From contig NC_009930.1 of the NCBI RefSeq assembly GCF_000018105.1, positions 120,001-152,000 of the forward strand: a DNA stretch of 32,000 bases. Direction: 5' to 3'. Below are positions 18,901 through 26,445 of this stretch, one piece after another (position 1 is the stretch's first letter; each line of letters starts with the position of its first letter). The translations under genes were made by a program, and so were the position numbers. Below the pieces are notes generated by a model. It was not told the DNA's origin and did not search any database. It worked only from the letters and a program-made list of their open reading frames with translations. The DNA comes from Acaryochloris marina MBIC11017 (lineage in GTDB: Bacteria; Cyanobacteriota; Cyanobacteriia; Thermosynechococcales; Thermosynechococcaceae).

Positions 18901-19999
18901 CTTCAAACCGGATCATCCCCGCTATGACAGCAGTAGAGAACGCTTTCAGAAATATGAGCATCCCCAAGGCAGAAGCAGGGGGATTTTCCTGACTGAGGTT
19001 CCAGACTGGTTTAAAGAATATATCTGCAAGAAGTACGACATCACCTCAGCTCTTGGCGATCACTTCTGGAAAATCATTCGAGACAACCCTCAAATTCCCA
19101 TCAAGATTACTGAGGGTGGCAAGAAAACCCTATCCATTACTTCTCAAGGCCATGTCGTCATTGGTCTGCCTGGAGTCAATGCCGGGTATCGCTCTAAGGA
19201 TGACGAGGGCATCAAATTGCCAGAGCGAAGGCTAAACCCAGATCTTGCTATCTTTGCCGTGCCAGGTCGAGAGATTAAATTTATGTACGACCAGGACACC
19301 AAACCCTCAACCGTGGCGAATGTTAGGCGTGACATGGTTCGCACGGGAATGCTGTTAGAGGACAAAGGCTGCACGGTTAAATTCAGTAAGTGGAGTAGCC
19401 TCTACAAGGGAGCTGATGATCTAATCGTCGGAGCTAGCCCCGAAATGCTGGAGCTTGCCATCGATGCCGCTCAACCTTTGGCAGTAGCAACTGCTAAGCA
19501 CTACGAACATGAGTATCAAAAGCTCTATGAGTTTGTGGTGAGAAGGGATGGCGAACTCCCCCACAAGGTGATGAACCTGGAGATCTTTATTGAGGCGTAT
19601 ACCAGAGGAACGACGAAGGATGCCTACAAAACCATCGAGGCCATAAAGCCAGAATTGAATCGCGAAGAGCTGATGAAAGCTGCGCTCCAGCACCAAGACA
19701 AAAAGCGCAATGCTGCTACCACAGTTGTCCCCATCCTTGAAGAATTAGCCAAGACAAAAGGCACCAAGTACCGCCATACCTACCAATACCGTGTAGACAA
19801 GTGGCTGATTGCTTCGGGTAAGCGTGGGCTGACAGTGAGGGACACTGCTACGGGACGCATACTCCTACAGACAAAAATGGGCCGACTCACAAGAGTATCG
19901 GCCCGACCAGGGGTAATTAAGTTGTTTAAATCCACCGTCAAACAGGCTAAGGTTAAGCCCATTCAGCAAGTGCAGAAGGGCAGGAAATATAGCGCCTAA
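15965..19999 (+). CDS. MOBF (TrwC/TraI-type) relaxase - RecD-like helicase - TOPRIM-like domain fusion, 1344 aa
   Basis: N-terminus AAIEEYYTEDE...DEYY. Relaxase histidine triad region NHATARP...DPALHTHIVVMN. Helicase Walker A GLSGVGKTT, Walker B WWIIDEAG, and TTHAAQGQT. The C-terminus has KITEGGKK and, about 60 aa later, MYDQDTK (E...DxD, TOPRIM-like). Confidence 0.9.
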   Translation: MFRPTLINKGNAAIEEYYTEDEALKNSEDEYYAPGKDPVITPCKWYGNGADSLNLKGVINQKVFKKLFYGHHPESGKRLRKKPTNGQERLGIDLTFGPGKEASILALVGGDRRIIDLHEQALQKVFDIFQARYTQTRVRYGNGQRSLVNTNSLIGAFINHATARPVTIDGKTYSDPALHTHIVVMNATQINGKWQSLSNEAIFKSLSLGSIYRHFIDKGLAELGYTVRPDGSIEGLSPETVWHFKKRTQEVERYLKKYGLEDTQENRQNAVLRTRNKKEDNTNIPEKMKGWVEELVINRFRLPKPAKKSTWVHRPELARKYVDSAIAHLQERNAEFCHELIEQWVFDQRPPFTYEELQTEIANHPQLIRTKNDTYTTQYALDREEKTRQLWAAGQHKFTPITTGKIEFNKMLNADQRIAVRSTLASSNRLIIWHGLSGVGKTTTLSELQKHIEAINPDIQIKGYSPTTKAAGVLAEELGIETTTVSGLITRRLDTTPNQWWIIDEAGMKSAEQGLEVLKRAEAVNARVLLVGDINQNSSVNAGSPQRSLMKAGAETYHIKTILRQKRIVQRRAVELVSIGKPLEALKLLNEYGHVTEVADRRDRAAQVAQKYLSLKPKERKQTLVVTGTHRERKAITTLIREGLRAEGVIKGEDQALRQLVDKRLTTEQTHHLRYYKTDDYVIPNDNFSSRLQKGKLYKVVGVDEASGVVRVVSQGGQYSSFDPAKLENKTVFTAQKINVSVGDQLRWTRNNLHGNNGDQFKVTAVEGHRIQINHKKWIDTSKPLELDYSITSTTHAAQGQTTYRVIFSGTIDPTSSREPFYVAISRQKHELYIFTENYEGLCQQIQRSAAQLNPRELLGLDGELELPEFTRSAFWTPQTAMAEPPKSGIAPHHWEELIEGSGIHPDFIELNCHSLKGDSVYEYLLEDKIAGLGAGQVWVADQQKARARIEHCWDGGFWIGAGVEAQSLDDPILSTWGSFKPDHPRYDSSRERFQKYEHPQGRSRGIFLTEVPDWFKEYICKKYDITSALGDHFWKIIRDNPQIPIKITEGGKKTLSITSQGHVVIGLPGVNAGYRSKDDEGIKLPERRLNPDLAIFAVPGREIKFMYDQDTKPSTVANVRRDMVRTGMLLEDKGCTVKFSKWSSLYKGADDLIVGASPEMLELAIDAAQPLAVATAKHYEHEYQKLYEFVVRRDGELPHKVMNLEIFIEAYTRGTTKDAYKTIEAIKPELNREELMKAALQHQDKKRNAATTVVPILEELAKTKGTKYRHTYQYRVDKWLIASGKRGLTVRDTATGRILLQTKMGRLTRVSARPGVIKLFKSTVKQAKVKPIQQVQKGRKYSA

Positions 20000-20059
20000 G
20001 AGCGATAGCTTTCTGTTTATGAGGCTATATTCATAAGCTGCTGTCGATTTAGTCAACTG

Positions 20060-20175
20060 CCCCGCTGCAAGCAGACGGGGTATGGAATACGATTTGCTCC
20101 CTAATCGTAGATTTGGATTGCAATCCCATTTCTTCGCTGCAAGCAGCGGGGAATCTACCCTCACTAGATTGAAGC
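20060..20175 (+). repeat. two tandem hairpin-plus-tail units downstream of the relaxase gene
   Basis: CCCCGCTGCAAGCAGACGGGG (20060-20080) and CGCTGCAAGCAGCGGGG (20135-20151). Each is followed by a CCCT..TAGATT.G tail. A 12-nt palindrome GGATTGCAATCC (20115-20126) lies between them. Confidence 0.7.
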
Positions 20176-20571
20176 GGAGTTTTCCCAGGTATAACTGTGA
20201 ATACCTGATGGAGAAAACTTTTGGGCTTTAGCAGTAGAAGGCTACAATTGGTCAGGTAATGGTTTCCCTTGCTCAAGAAACAATCCAGTAATCTGGTACC
20301 AAGCATGGCCAAATGCGGGTCCACTTCACTCCCTACCCAGCCATGACACACGGAACTCTAACCATAATGATTCGTGAGTAAGAATCGAATGTGCCTTGTG
20401 TCAGCTTATCTGCAGTTCTTAACAAAGTTCCAAGACAATTACTTTGTTTAAAAGAAGGTCAACGACCGCAACGGGTAAAGAATCATGGGTGGAAAGGACA
20501 AAGGAGCAAATCCAGGGGAATGCGAAGGAAGGTGCTTATATACTTCGAGTCGGATAATAGCTTGAGGATAG

Positions 20572-21966
20572 TTGATGCAAAATCAAGATAAACCAACTTT
20601 AAAGCTCCCAATTAAATCTATATTTTATATATTTCTATTAATTGGGGGAATACAACTTATTTCTCAACTTGACAGACTTATAAGGTGCAACTTTATTAGC
20701 ATACGAAACGTAAATCAATGTACGTTATATGGCCAAACAACTTGGGAATGGCTAAAACTTTTAATTGGTCCATTAATAGCCATAACCGGAGGTTTCATTC
20801 TTAATGGATACTTCAAAAATCGCGATGAAAGGCGCTTAGATAAAGCTAAAGAAACTGAATTAGATCAACTAAGACATGAAACTCTGATTACTTACTTTAA
20901 TGAAATATCAAACTTGTTGTTAAACAAAAATTGGCCTAAGTATGGGAGAAATACAAACATCGAAGAAAATCCTAACTTAACGATAGTTGCTTTAGCTAAA
21001 GCAAGAACATCATCAGTATTAAACGAAATCAATGGAAAACGAAAAGGTTCATTATTACTCTTCTTACTTGAGTCAAAAGTATGGCAGATCATTACTGATA
21101 TTGATGGAAATTCTAGTTGGGCAAATTTAAGTTTTTGCGACCTAAACAAAGCCAATTTAACTAGGATTAATTTAAGTGGAGCAAATCTTTCTGAAGCAAA
21201 TTTAAACTTATGTAATCTATCTGAAGCTGAACTTAGCAACACTATCATGATCAACACTAAGCTAACGTCAGTTGATCTTAAGAAATCTAATCTAAGTGGA
21301 GCTAAGCTGATAAAAGCTAACCTAAGAAGAGCGAATCTCAGCGATGCCGTCCTCGAAAATGCAAATTTTAAGGAAGCAAAACTTACTGGTGGGATTCTTC
21401 TTTCAGAAGGCAAAGTTAAATTTTTTTTATTTTATTTTTCCTTGCGGTTTTATTCACTTCTTGTAAGAACCTATCCCTTTAGAATATCGAAATACGCTAC
21501 CTATAAATCTGATAAAATACGTGTTTATATAAACTATCTTTTTGGGGCCAATCTCAAAGGGGCCAATCTCAAAGAGGCTTATTTAAGACATGTTTCTCTT
21601 CTTGGAGCTAACTTAGATAGAGCTGATCTTGAAAGTGCTAACCTATCACAAGCAAATTTAAGTTTCGCTAACCTTAGAGGGGCTTCCCTTATAGAGGCCG
21701 ACCTTAAAGGAGCTTCTCTTATAGGGGCCGACCTCAAAGGGGCTGACCTTAAAGGGGCCGACCTCAAAGGGGCTGACCTTAAAGGGGCCGACCTTAAAGG
21801 GGCAAATTTATGTGACAAAAATATTATCAAGCCTATCAAAATCACGACAGGTCAAATAAAAAAAACCTTTAACTGGGAAACAGCCCTCTATAAGGAAGAT
21901 TTCCGTAAAAAACTAGGACTCCCCCCTACCCCATCATCTAACCCACCAAAAGAAGAATCAGAGTAA
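20572..21966 (+). CDS. TM-anchored pentapeptide-repeat protein, AT-rich gene
   Basis: N-terminal TM helices and a helical linker, then two pentapeptide blocks (ANLTRINLSGANLSEANLNLCNLSEAEL...; ANLKGANLKEAYL...GADLKGADLKGADL) split by a ~50-aa non-repeat segment. Confidence 0.8.
   Translation: MMQNQDKPTLKLPIKSIFYIFLLIGGIQLISQLDRLIRCNFISIRNVNQCTLYGQTTWEWLKLLIGPLIAITGGFILNGYFKNRDERRLDKAKETELDQLRHETLITYFNEISNLLLNKNWPKYGRNTNIEENPNLTIVALAKARTSSVLNEINGKRKGSLLLFLLESKVWQIITDIDGNSSWANLSFCDLNKANLTRINLSGANLSEANLNLCNLSEAELSNTIMINTKLTSVDLKKSNLSGAKLIKANLRRANLSDAVLENANFKEAKLTGGILLSEGKVKFFLFYFSLRFYSLLVRTYPFRISKYATYKSDKIRVYINYLFGANLKGANLKEAYLRHVSLLGANLDRADLESANLSQANLSFANLRGASLIEADLKGASLIGADLKGADLKGADLKGADLKGADLKGANLCDKNIIKPIKITTGQIKKTFNWETALYKEDFRKKLGLPPTPSSNPPKEESE
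21724..21798 (+). repeat. 15-bp x5 tandem (exact 30-bp unit x2) encoding GADLK repeats
   Basis: GGGGCCGACCTCAAAGGGGCTGACCTTAAA occurs twice back to back (21724-21783), plus one more 15-bp unit. Confidence 0.9.
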
Positions 21967-22069
21967 GCACACCCAGGATATTCCTCCCCTATCCCTTCCC
22001 GAAACCAACAACCAAAACGGGTCATCTACCAAAAGACAACCCGACAATGAACCCAATATTGCTTGCCCC

Positions 22070-23707
22070 TCAACGCCTAGCCGCTGCTGCAACCTTCGGC
22101 TTTGGCTTATGAGCCTGAGCTTTGACCTTGGCTTGCTTGTGAGCTTGCTGTTTCTCCAAACCCTGCTGAGTCGTTTTAGCTGCTGATATAAGCTTGTCTT
22201 TCACTGCCTGGGGAGCCTTCTGATTGAACTCTCCATTTTTATACACGGGCTGCTGAGTGGTCTTATCGACAATCAGCAAAGAGTTACCCTTGCTTCTATG
22301 AAAATCGAAGTTTTCACCCTCATAGATGGTGGTGCCTTGGGGAGTTTGTTTTCCTTGTTGGGCCAAAACATATGTTGCAGTGGCGGTTAGAGCTTGAGCC
22401 TGCCAGTCCATCGCTTTCTCACCCACAAACTGTTTAGCCTTATCAACATTCTCGCCAACAGTCGCTTTGACTTGGTTGATCTGATCACCCGCTTGTTGCT
22501 TCAATGCCTGAGCCTGATCATAGACAGGCTGAAGTCTGTCAATCACGGGCTGTAAGCGTTCTCTCACTTTTTGCTTGAATGTCTCAAATAGCTCAGATAC
22601 CTTGGCCTTGGCCTGATCGATTTTCTCTCCGAGGTTCTGTTTGATTTTCTCGAAACGATCTTTCATAGCTGATACAAGGTTTGATTGCCATTGGTTGAGA
22701 CGAGGGTTACTGAGCTGCGGTTTAGGGGCTTGCAGTGCTGCGATCATCTCCTGAGCTTTCGCTTGTTGTTGTTCTAAATGGGCAACATTGGACTCTAACC
22801 CCGAAACGGTTTGCTGCAAGTCCTTGATCTCGGTGGCAAACTCGGCTTTGATAGCCGCACGAATCTGATCCGTGCTAGTTTCCAATGCGGCTACTCTGTC
22901 CTTCATGGAAGGCTGGTTTAACCGAGCTTGCACCGCTTCTGTAGCCGAATCCAAAGCACTTTTCATCCGGTCTTGGGTGTTCTTAACCGTCTGGGAAACC
23001 CGATCAAATTGCTGAGGGGCTAGATTTCGCATCTTTTCTTGGGCGGCTTGAGCATATTCACCACCCGCTAACTGCATCTGGGTAAGCAGGGATGGCGTAT
23101 CTACGGCTAAAGCCAGGGAACCATCTTGTTGTGGAATGGGTTGATAATCAACCTGAATATTCTCACGCAGGTAAGCATTGGCCTGAGCCACGAAGTTACT
23201 AGCATTCTGTTTAGCTCGTTGACCCGCTTGCTCAATAAATTCATTGACGACAGGGCGGATAGATTGGTTTGGGGAGGGGAGTTGATCTGGTTCAACTACA
23301 ACTGCATCTACCTCTATGGCTTCTGGCTCAAGGGATTCCAATTGACTCATAGCCTGATCGACGACTTGATCAGGCTCCATGTCCCACGGATCTGCGACGG
23401 GTTGGCGAACGACTTCTCCTTGTTCAGTGGTTGCGATCGCATTCACCTCTACCTTGGCATTCTCTGGATCTTGGACTGCTGTTTCAACGGCTTCCAGATC
23501 GTCTGGGGTCGTGGTTTCGGGAAGCAGTTTCTTATTGCCAACTTCCAGGTCCTTGAATGCAGCCCTCCCCCATTCATCCCCCTTCTTGACGAGCTGCCAT
23601 GCAGCTTGACCCAACTGTTGCAATAGCTCAAGGGGAGTCAGAAGGATTGCCTCATTGGCCCGCTCAACTTCCTGTTCATTGCCACCATTCTCTAAAATGT
23701 CTGCCAT
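22070..23707 (-). CDS. acidic coiled-coil protein with Lys-rich C-terminus, 545 aa
   Basis: Long ORF. Q/A/E/K-rich heptad-like helices (QARLNQPSMKDRVAALETSTDQIRAAIKAEF, EKIKQNLGEKIDQAKAKVSELFETFKQKV). The tail is KQAKVKAQAHKPKPK. No enzymatic motif. Confidence 0.75.
   Translation of the reverse strand: MADILENGGNEQEVERANEAILLTPLELLQQLGQAAWQLVKKGDEWGRAAFKDLEVGNKKLLPETTTPDDLEAVETAVQDPENAKVEVNAIATTEQGEVVRQPVADPWDMEPDQVVDQAMSQLESLEPEAIEVDAVVVEPDQLPSPNQSIRPVVNEFIEQAGQRAKQNASNFVAQANAYLRENIQVDYQPIPQQDGSLALAVDTPSLLTQMQLAGGEYAQAAQEKMRNLAPQQFDRVSQTVKNTQDRMKSALDSATEAVQARLNQPSMKDRVAALETSTDQIRAAIKAEFATEIKDLQQTVSGLESNVAHLEQQQAKAQEMIAALQAPKPQLSNPRLNQWQSNLVSAMKDRFEKIKQNLGEKIDQAKAKVSELFETFKQKVRERLQPVIDRLQPVYDQAQALKQQAGDQINQVKATVGENVDKAKQFVGEKAMDWQAQALTATATYVLAQQGKQTPQGTTIYEGENFDFHRSKGNSLLIVDKTTQQPVYKNGEFNQKAPQAVKDKLISAAKTTQQGLEKQQAHKQAKVKAQAHKPKPKVAAAARR
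23433..23440. repeat. HIP1 octamer GCGATCGC
   Basis: Exact match. Confidence 0.9.
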
Positions 23708-23749
23708 TATTCTTTATCTCCAAAATTGCTTATATCGAGAAATATGGAT

Positions 23750-24172
23750 TTAGGCTGCGACTAAAGCCAATACATCCTTTTCAGTGGGCATCGGGGGAAG
23801 CTCAAGCTCTCCCGTCAGATCTACGAGGATTCGCCCTGCAACCTGGATATAAGCCCACAGGCCATTGATGCGGAAGCTTACACATTCACTATCAGCGGGT
23901 TGAGCGTAGGCATTCGGATCAAAGCCGATCAGCTTGCCCCCTCGATATTGGATAGCGGGGGAATAGGCAACATCCCCGTAGTAGATCTGCATCTCATCAA
24001 TGACGGTATTTTTAGGCAATGCATCACACCCCCGTTGCTCCAGGGTTTCAATAGCATTGTGATGAGAGTTGGGATATTGGGCATACAACTCAGGAGTGCT
24101 AATTCCCAAGCGTGTTAGTGCCTGTAACTGCGTTTCCGTGAACGTTATTTGTGATTCGGTTTGTTCAGACAT
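23750..24172 (-). CDS. hypothetical protein, 140 aa, first gene of a two-gene unit with the 545-aa protein
   Basis: Clean ORF preceded by backbone box 3. No motif recognised. Confidence 0.65.
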   Translation of the reverse strand: MSEQTESQITFTETQLQALTRLGISTPELYAQYPNSHHNAIETLEQRGCDALPKNTVIDEMQIYYGDVAYSPAIQYRGGKLIGFDPNAYAQPADSECVSFRINGLWAYIQVAGRILVDLTGELELPPMPTEKDVLALVAA

Positions 24173-24199
24173 AGATGTAGGTTTTGAATGCTATGTCAG

Positions 24200-24214
24200 A
24201 ACATTACCCAGAAT
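24200..24214 (-). promoter_or_regulatory. backbone box 3
   Basis: AACATTACCCAGAAT on the plus strand, 27 nt upstream of ATG 24172. It abuts the stop codon (24215) of the coupling-protein gene. Confidence 0.6.
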
Positions 24215-26008
24215 TTAAAGGGCTGAAATTCCAATCGCTAAGATTTCACTGCCGTCGTCTTGGGGAGATGAGGATTGCTGCTGTTCGGGTTCAGGCTCTG
24301 GCAATGCTTCTCTGGCACGGGTTTGATATCGGACCAACTCTTCATCGGTTTTAGCGAGGGCTTTGCTGTTCGCCCGTGCCACTCTGCGATACCGATACCA
24401 TTCACTAATCCCCTGTTTGATTTCCTGTTGCTCCCACTGGGGGATCACTGTTTCATAGAGGACAGGGATTCTCGCCATCTTTTTATTTCTAAAAGCTCGG
24501 TTCAAGTAGTAGAACTGTCCTTGGGGGAGACCCAGTAATTCTTGTAGTGGCACCAGATCCTTCAGATGAGGCTGATTACTTTCGGAGCTGGATGAATGCT
24601 TACCTTTTGATTTGGATTTACTCTGAGACTTGATTTCTTTTTGACCAAACTGTTTGCTGTAGTATTCTGCGGGTTCGTTGGCGTTGAGCTGACCAATGAC
24701 CTGTGTTTTGCAGCCCTCTATCAGGCCCATTGCAGCCTTCTCTCCATAGGTGCCTTTCAAGAAGGAGAACCCTTGGCTAGCAAACACAAAAAATACGCCA
24801 TTGGAACGGGTGACGGTCTGCATCTCTTGGACACCGCACAGTTTAATCATTTGGCATTCATCCAGGAAGAAGCCAAGGGGCTGCGTTCTGGCCCGGTAAG
24901 CGTTAGCTAACATAAAGCACTGGATCGTCGTCGCGATCATCGGCCCCACGCTGGCCTTCAGTTCTGGGTTGAGTCGGAAGATAACGAGGGTCTTACCTTT
25001 AATTTCTAAGTCAACGGTGGAGTCACCGCAAAACGTAGATACATTCGCGGGAGTGAACATGCGGTTGAACTGAAGGAGGGTTGTACCCGCAATGCTGGCC
25101 CCCGTCTCCGCTGATTTCTCAGATGCCAGATATTGACTGAAGGAGGATCTGAGATATGGGGGAAGATCTAAGGATCTAATCCCCGCTGCTCCAATTTCGA
25201 CAATTCGTTCCAAGAGGTAGAACGCCAAGACAAAATTAGCGTTGGGGTCTAGATAGAGTGCCAGCAAGAATACGGATTGCAAGAGCTGCTTCGCGGCCAG
25301 GGGGAAAAACTCATCTCCATTATCAGCGGCTGTTTTCGCTAAGTTCTCGCTAAGGACTTCGGCAACGACTCCAGCCCCATCTTTATCTTCATAGGCTTCT
25401 CGGCCAAACCGAGAGCGGATCATCTGATAGATATTGAAGACATCCGAGTCGTCGTATCCTGGTGCAATTATTTTGACTTTGTACCCGTGAAGCCTGGCAT
25501 AACCCGCAATCTCTGAAGAGGGGCAAGTGGAGGTCTCTGACTCTTCATGACCTTTGGCATCAAACACTGCCAGAGGATAGCCCAGCTTGATCATGCATCG
25601 CTGGAGAGGATTGAGAAGTGAGTAACTTTTACCTGACCCCGTTGAACCTAATGCAACCAGATGTTCTTCAAGATGAGATAGTATCCACGAATTGACATAA
25701 TCTCTGGGAATGAATATCTCTCTAGCTTCCTTATCAACCACCACCCCTTTAGGTTCTCCCACCCACAAGGCAACTTTGTTGCGCTTGCGCTCCTCCATCA
25801 TGTCAAAGCCATAGGTCTTAGCTTTCTTTACCTCTTTCGGAGTCGCTTTACGGGCATCGCCAAGCTTTTGCTTTTTACTGAAGCCGTCTTTGAAAATCAG
25901 CAAAATGATGAGTATTAGAAACAAACCACCCATCAAATAAACCTGGAAGTCAATCTGAGGCCCAAATTGTTGAGGGGGCTGAGGGGGTTGCTCGGTATGT
26001 TGTGGCAT
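24215..26008 (-). CDS. type IV secretion coupling protein (VirD4/TraG/TraD-like ATPase)
   Basis: N-terminal TM helix (LMGGLFLILIILLIF), Walker A GSTGSGKS and Walker B GFFLDECQ. Confidence 0.85.
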   Translation of the reverse strand: MPQHTEQPPQPPQQFGPQIDFQVYLMGGLFLILIILLIFKDGFSKKQKLGDARKATPKEVKKAKTYGFDMMEERKRNKVALWVGEPKGVVVDKEAREIFIPRDYVNSWILSHLEEHLVALGSTGSGKSYSLLNPLQRCMIKLGYPLAVFDAKGHEESETSTCPSSEIAGYARLHGYKVKIIAPGYDDSDVFNIYQMIRSRFGREAYEDKDGAGVVAEVLSENLAKTAADNGDEFFPLAAKQLLQSVFLLALYLDPNANFVLAFYLLERIVEIGAAGIRSLDLPPYLRSSFSQYLASEKSAETGASIAGTTLLQFNRMFTPANVSTFCGDSTVDLEIKGKTLVIFRLNPELKASVGPMIATTIQCFMLANAYRARTQPLGFFLDECQMIKLCGVQEMQTVTRSNGVFFVFASQGFSFLKGTYGEKAAMGLIEGCKTQVIGQLNANEPAEYYSKQFGQKEIKSQSKSKSKGKHSSSSESNQPHLKDLVPLQELLGLPQGQFYYLNRAFRNKKMARIPVLYETVIPQWEQQEIKQGISEWYRYRRVARANSKALAKTDEELVRYQTRAREALPEPEPEQQQSSSPQDDGSEILAIGISAL

Positions 26009-26039
26009 AGGTGAAATTTCCGAAGGATATCTCTATCGG

Positions 26040-26054
26040 AAACTTACCCAGAAT
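26040..26054 (-). promoter_or_regulatory. backbone box 4
   Basis: AAACTTACCCAGAAT, 31 nt upstream of ATG 26008. The 16-mer GAAACTTACCCAGAAT is identical to that of box 5. Confidence 0.6.
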
Positions 26055-26076
26055 TAGTATTACTGGTCTTGATGTC

Positions 26077-26445
26077 TTATCGCTGCCATTGTCGCCATTT
26101 TGGATTAAAAGCATCAAACAAAGCTTCAGCTTCCTCAACTGTCATACCGTTCTCACGAGCATAAACATCGACAGGAGGCCAACCTCGCATTGAATCAGTA
26201 ACAACAACCCAACCTTGATCTGAGTTACGTAGCGTTGCTGAACTACCAGCATGTCCATCAGTCCAACTTACTAATGCAAAATTCCCTACAATTGCAACTT
26301 TATTAATTACTGCTGAAGGAGATAACGCAGAACTGGCAGTAGCAATTACTTCCTCAACTTGATCATTTGATTGGACTTGCGCGATCGCAACTGGAGAACT
26401 CAGAACAAACATTAAGACAACTGCACTCAATATTTTCCCAATCAT
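26077..26445 (-). CDS. small secreted protein (122 aa from ATG 26445)
   Basis: Signal peptide (MIGKILSAVVLMFVLSSPVAIAQ). ATG 26443-26445 overlaps the TGA 26442-26444 of the upstream gene (ATGA coupling). Confidence 0.6.
   Translation of the reverse strand: MIGKILSAVVLMFVLSSPVAIAQVQSNDQVEEVIATASSALSPSAVINKVAIVGNFALVSWTDGHAGSSATLRNSDQGWVVVTDSMRGWPPVDVYARENGMTVEEAEALFDAFNPKWRQWQR
26381..26388. repeat. HIP1 octamer GCGATCGC
   Basis: Exact match. Confidence 0.9.

Noticed and set aside
16168-19962. Many 60-120-aa ORFs inside or antisense to the relaxase gene
   Set aside because: All are nested in a 1344-aa ORF that has clear relaxase and helicase motifs. None has a motif or an independent signal.
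20060-20175. Two hairpin units as a mini CRISPR array
   Set aside because: There are only two imperfect units of unequal length, the shared part is about 20 nt plus a loose tail, and there are no cas genes or leader-like arrangement.
20049-20591. ORFs 19865..20164 (-), 20049..20351 (-) and 20391..20591 (+) in the post-relaxase gap
   Set aside because: No motifs or ribosome-binding sites. They run through the hairpin units or overlap the pentapeptide gene start. The gap is treated as non-coding.
20892-21845. Antisense ORFs 20892..21413 and 21579..21845 (APLRSAPLRS...)
   Set aside because: They are the reverse-complement reading of the pentapeptide repeats; the sense frame has the canonical A(D/N)LxxANL pattern.
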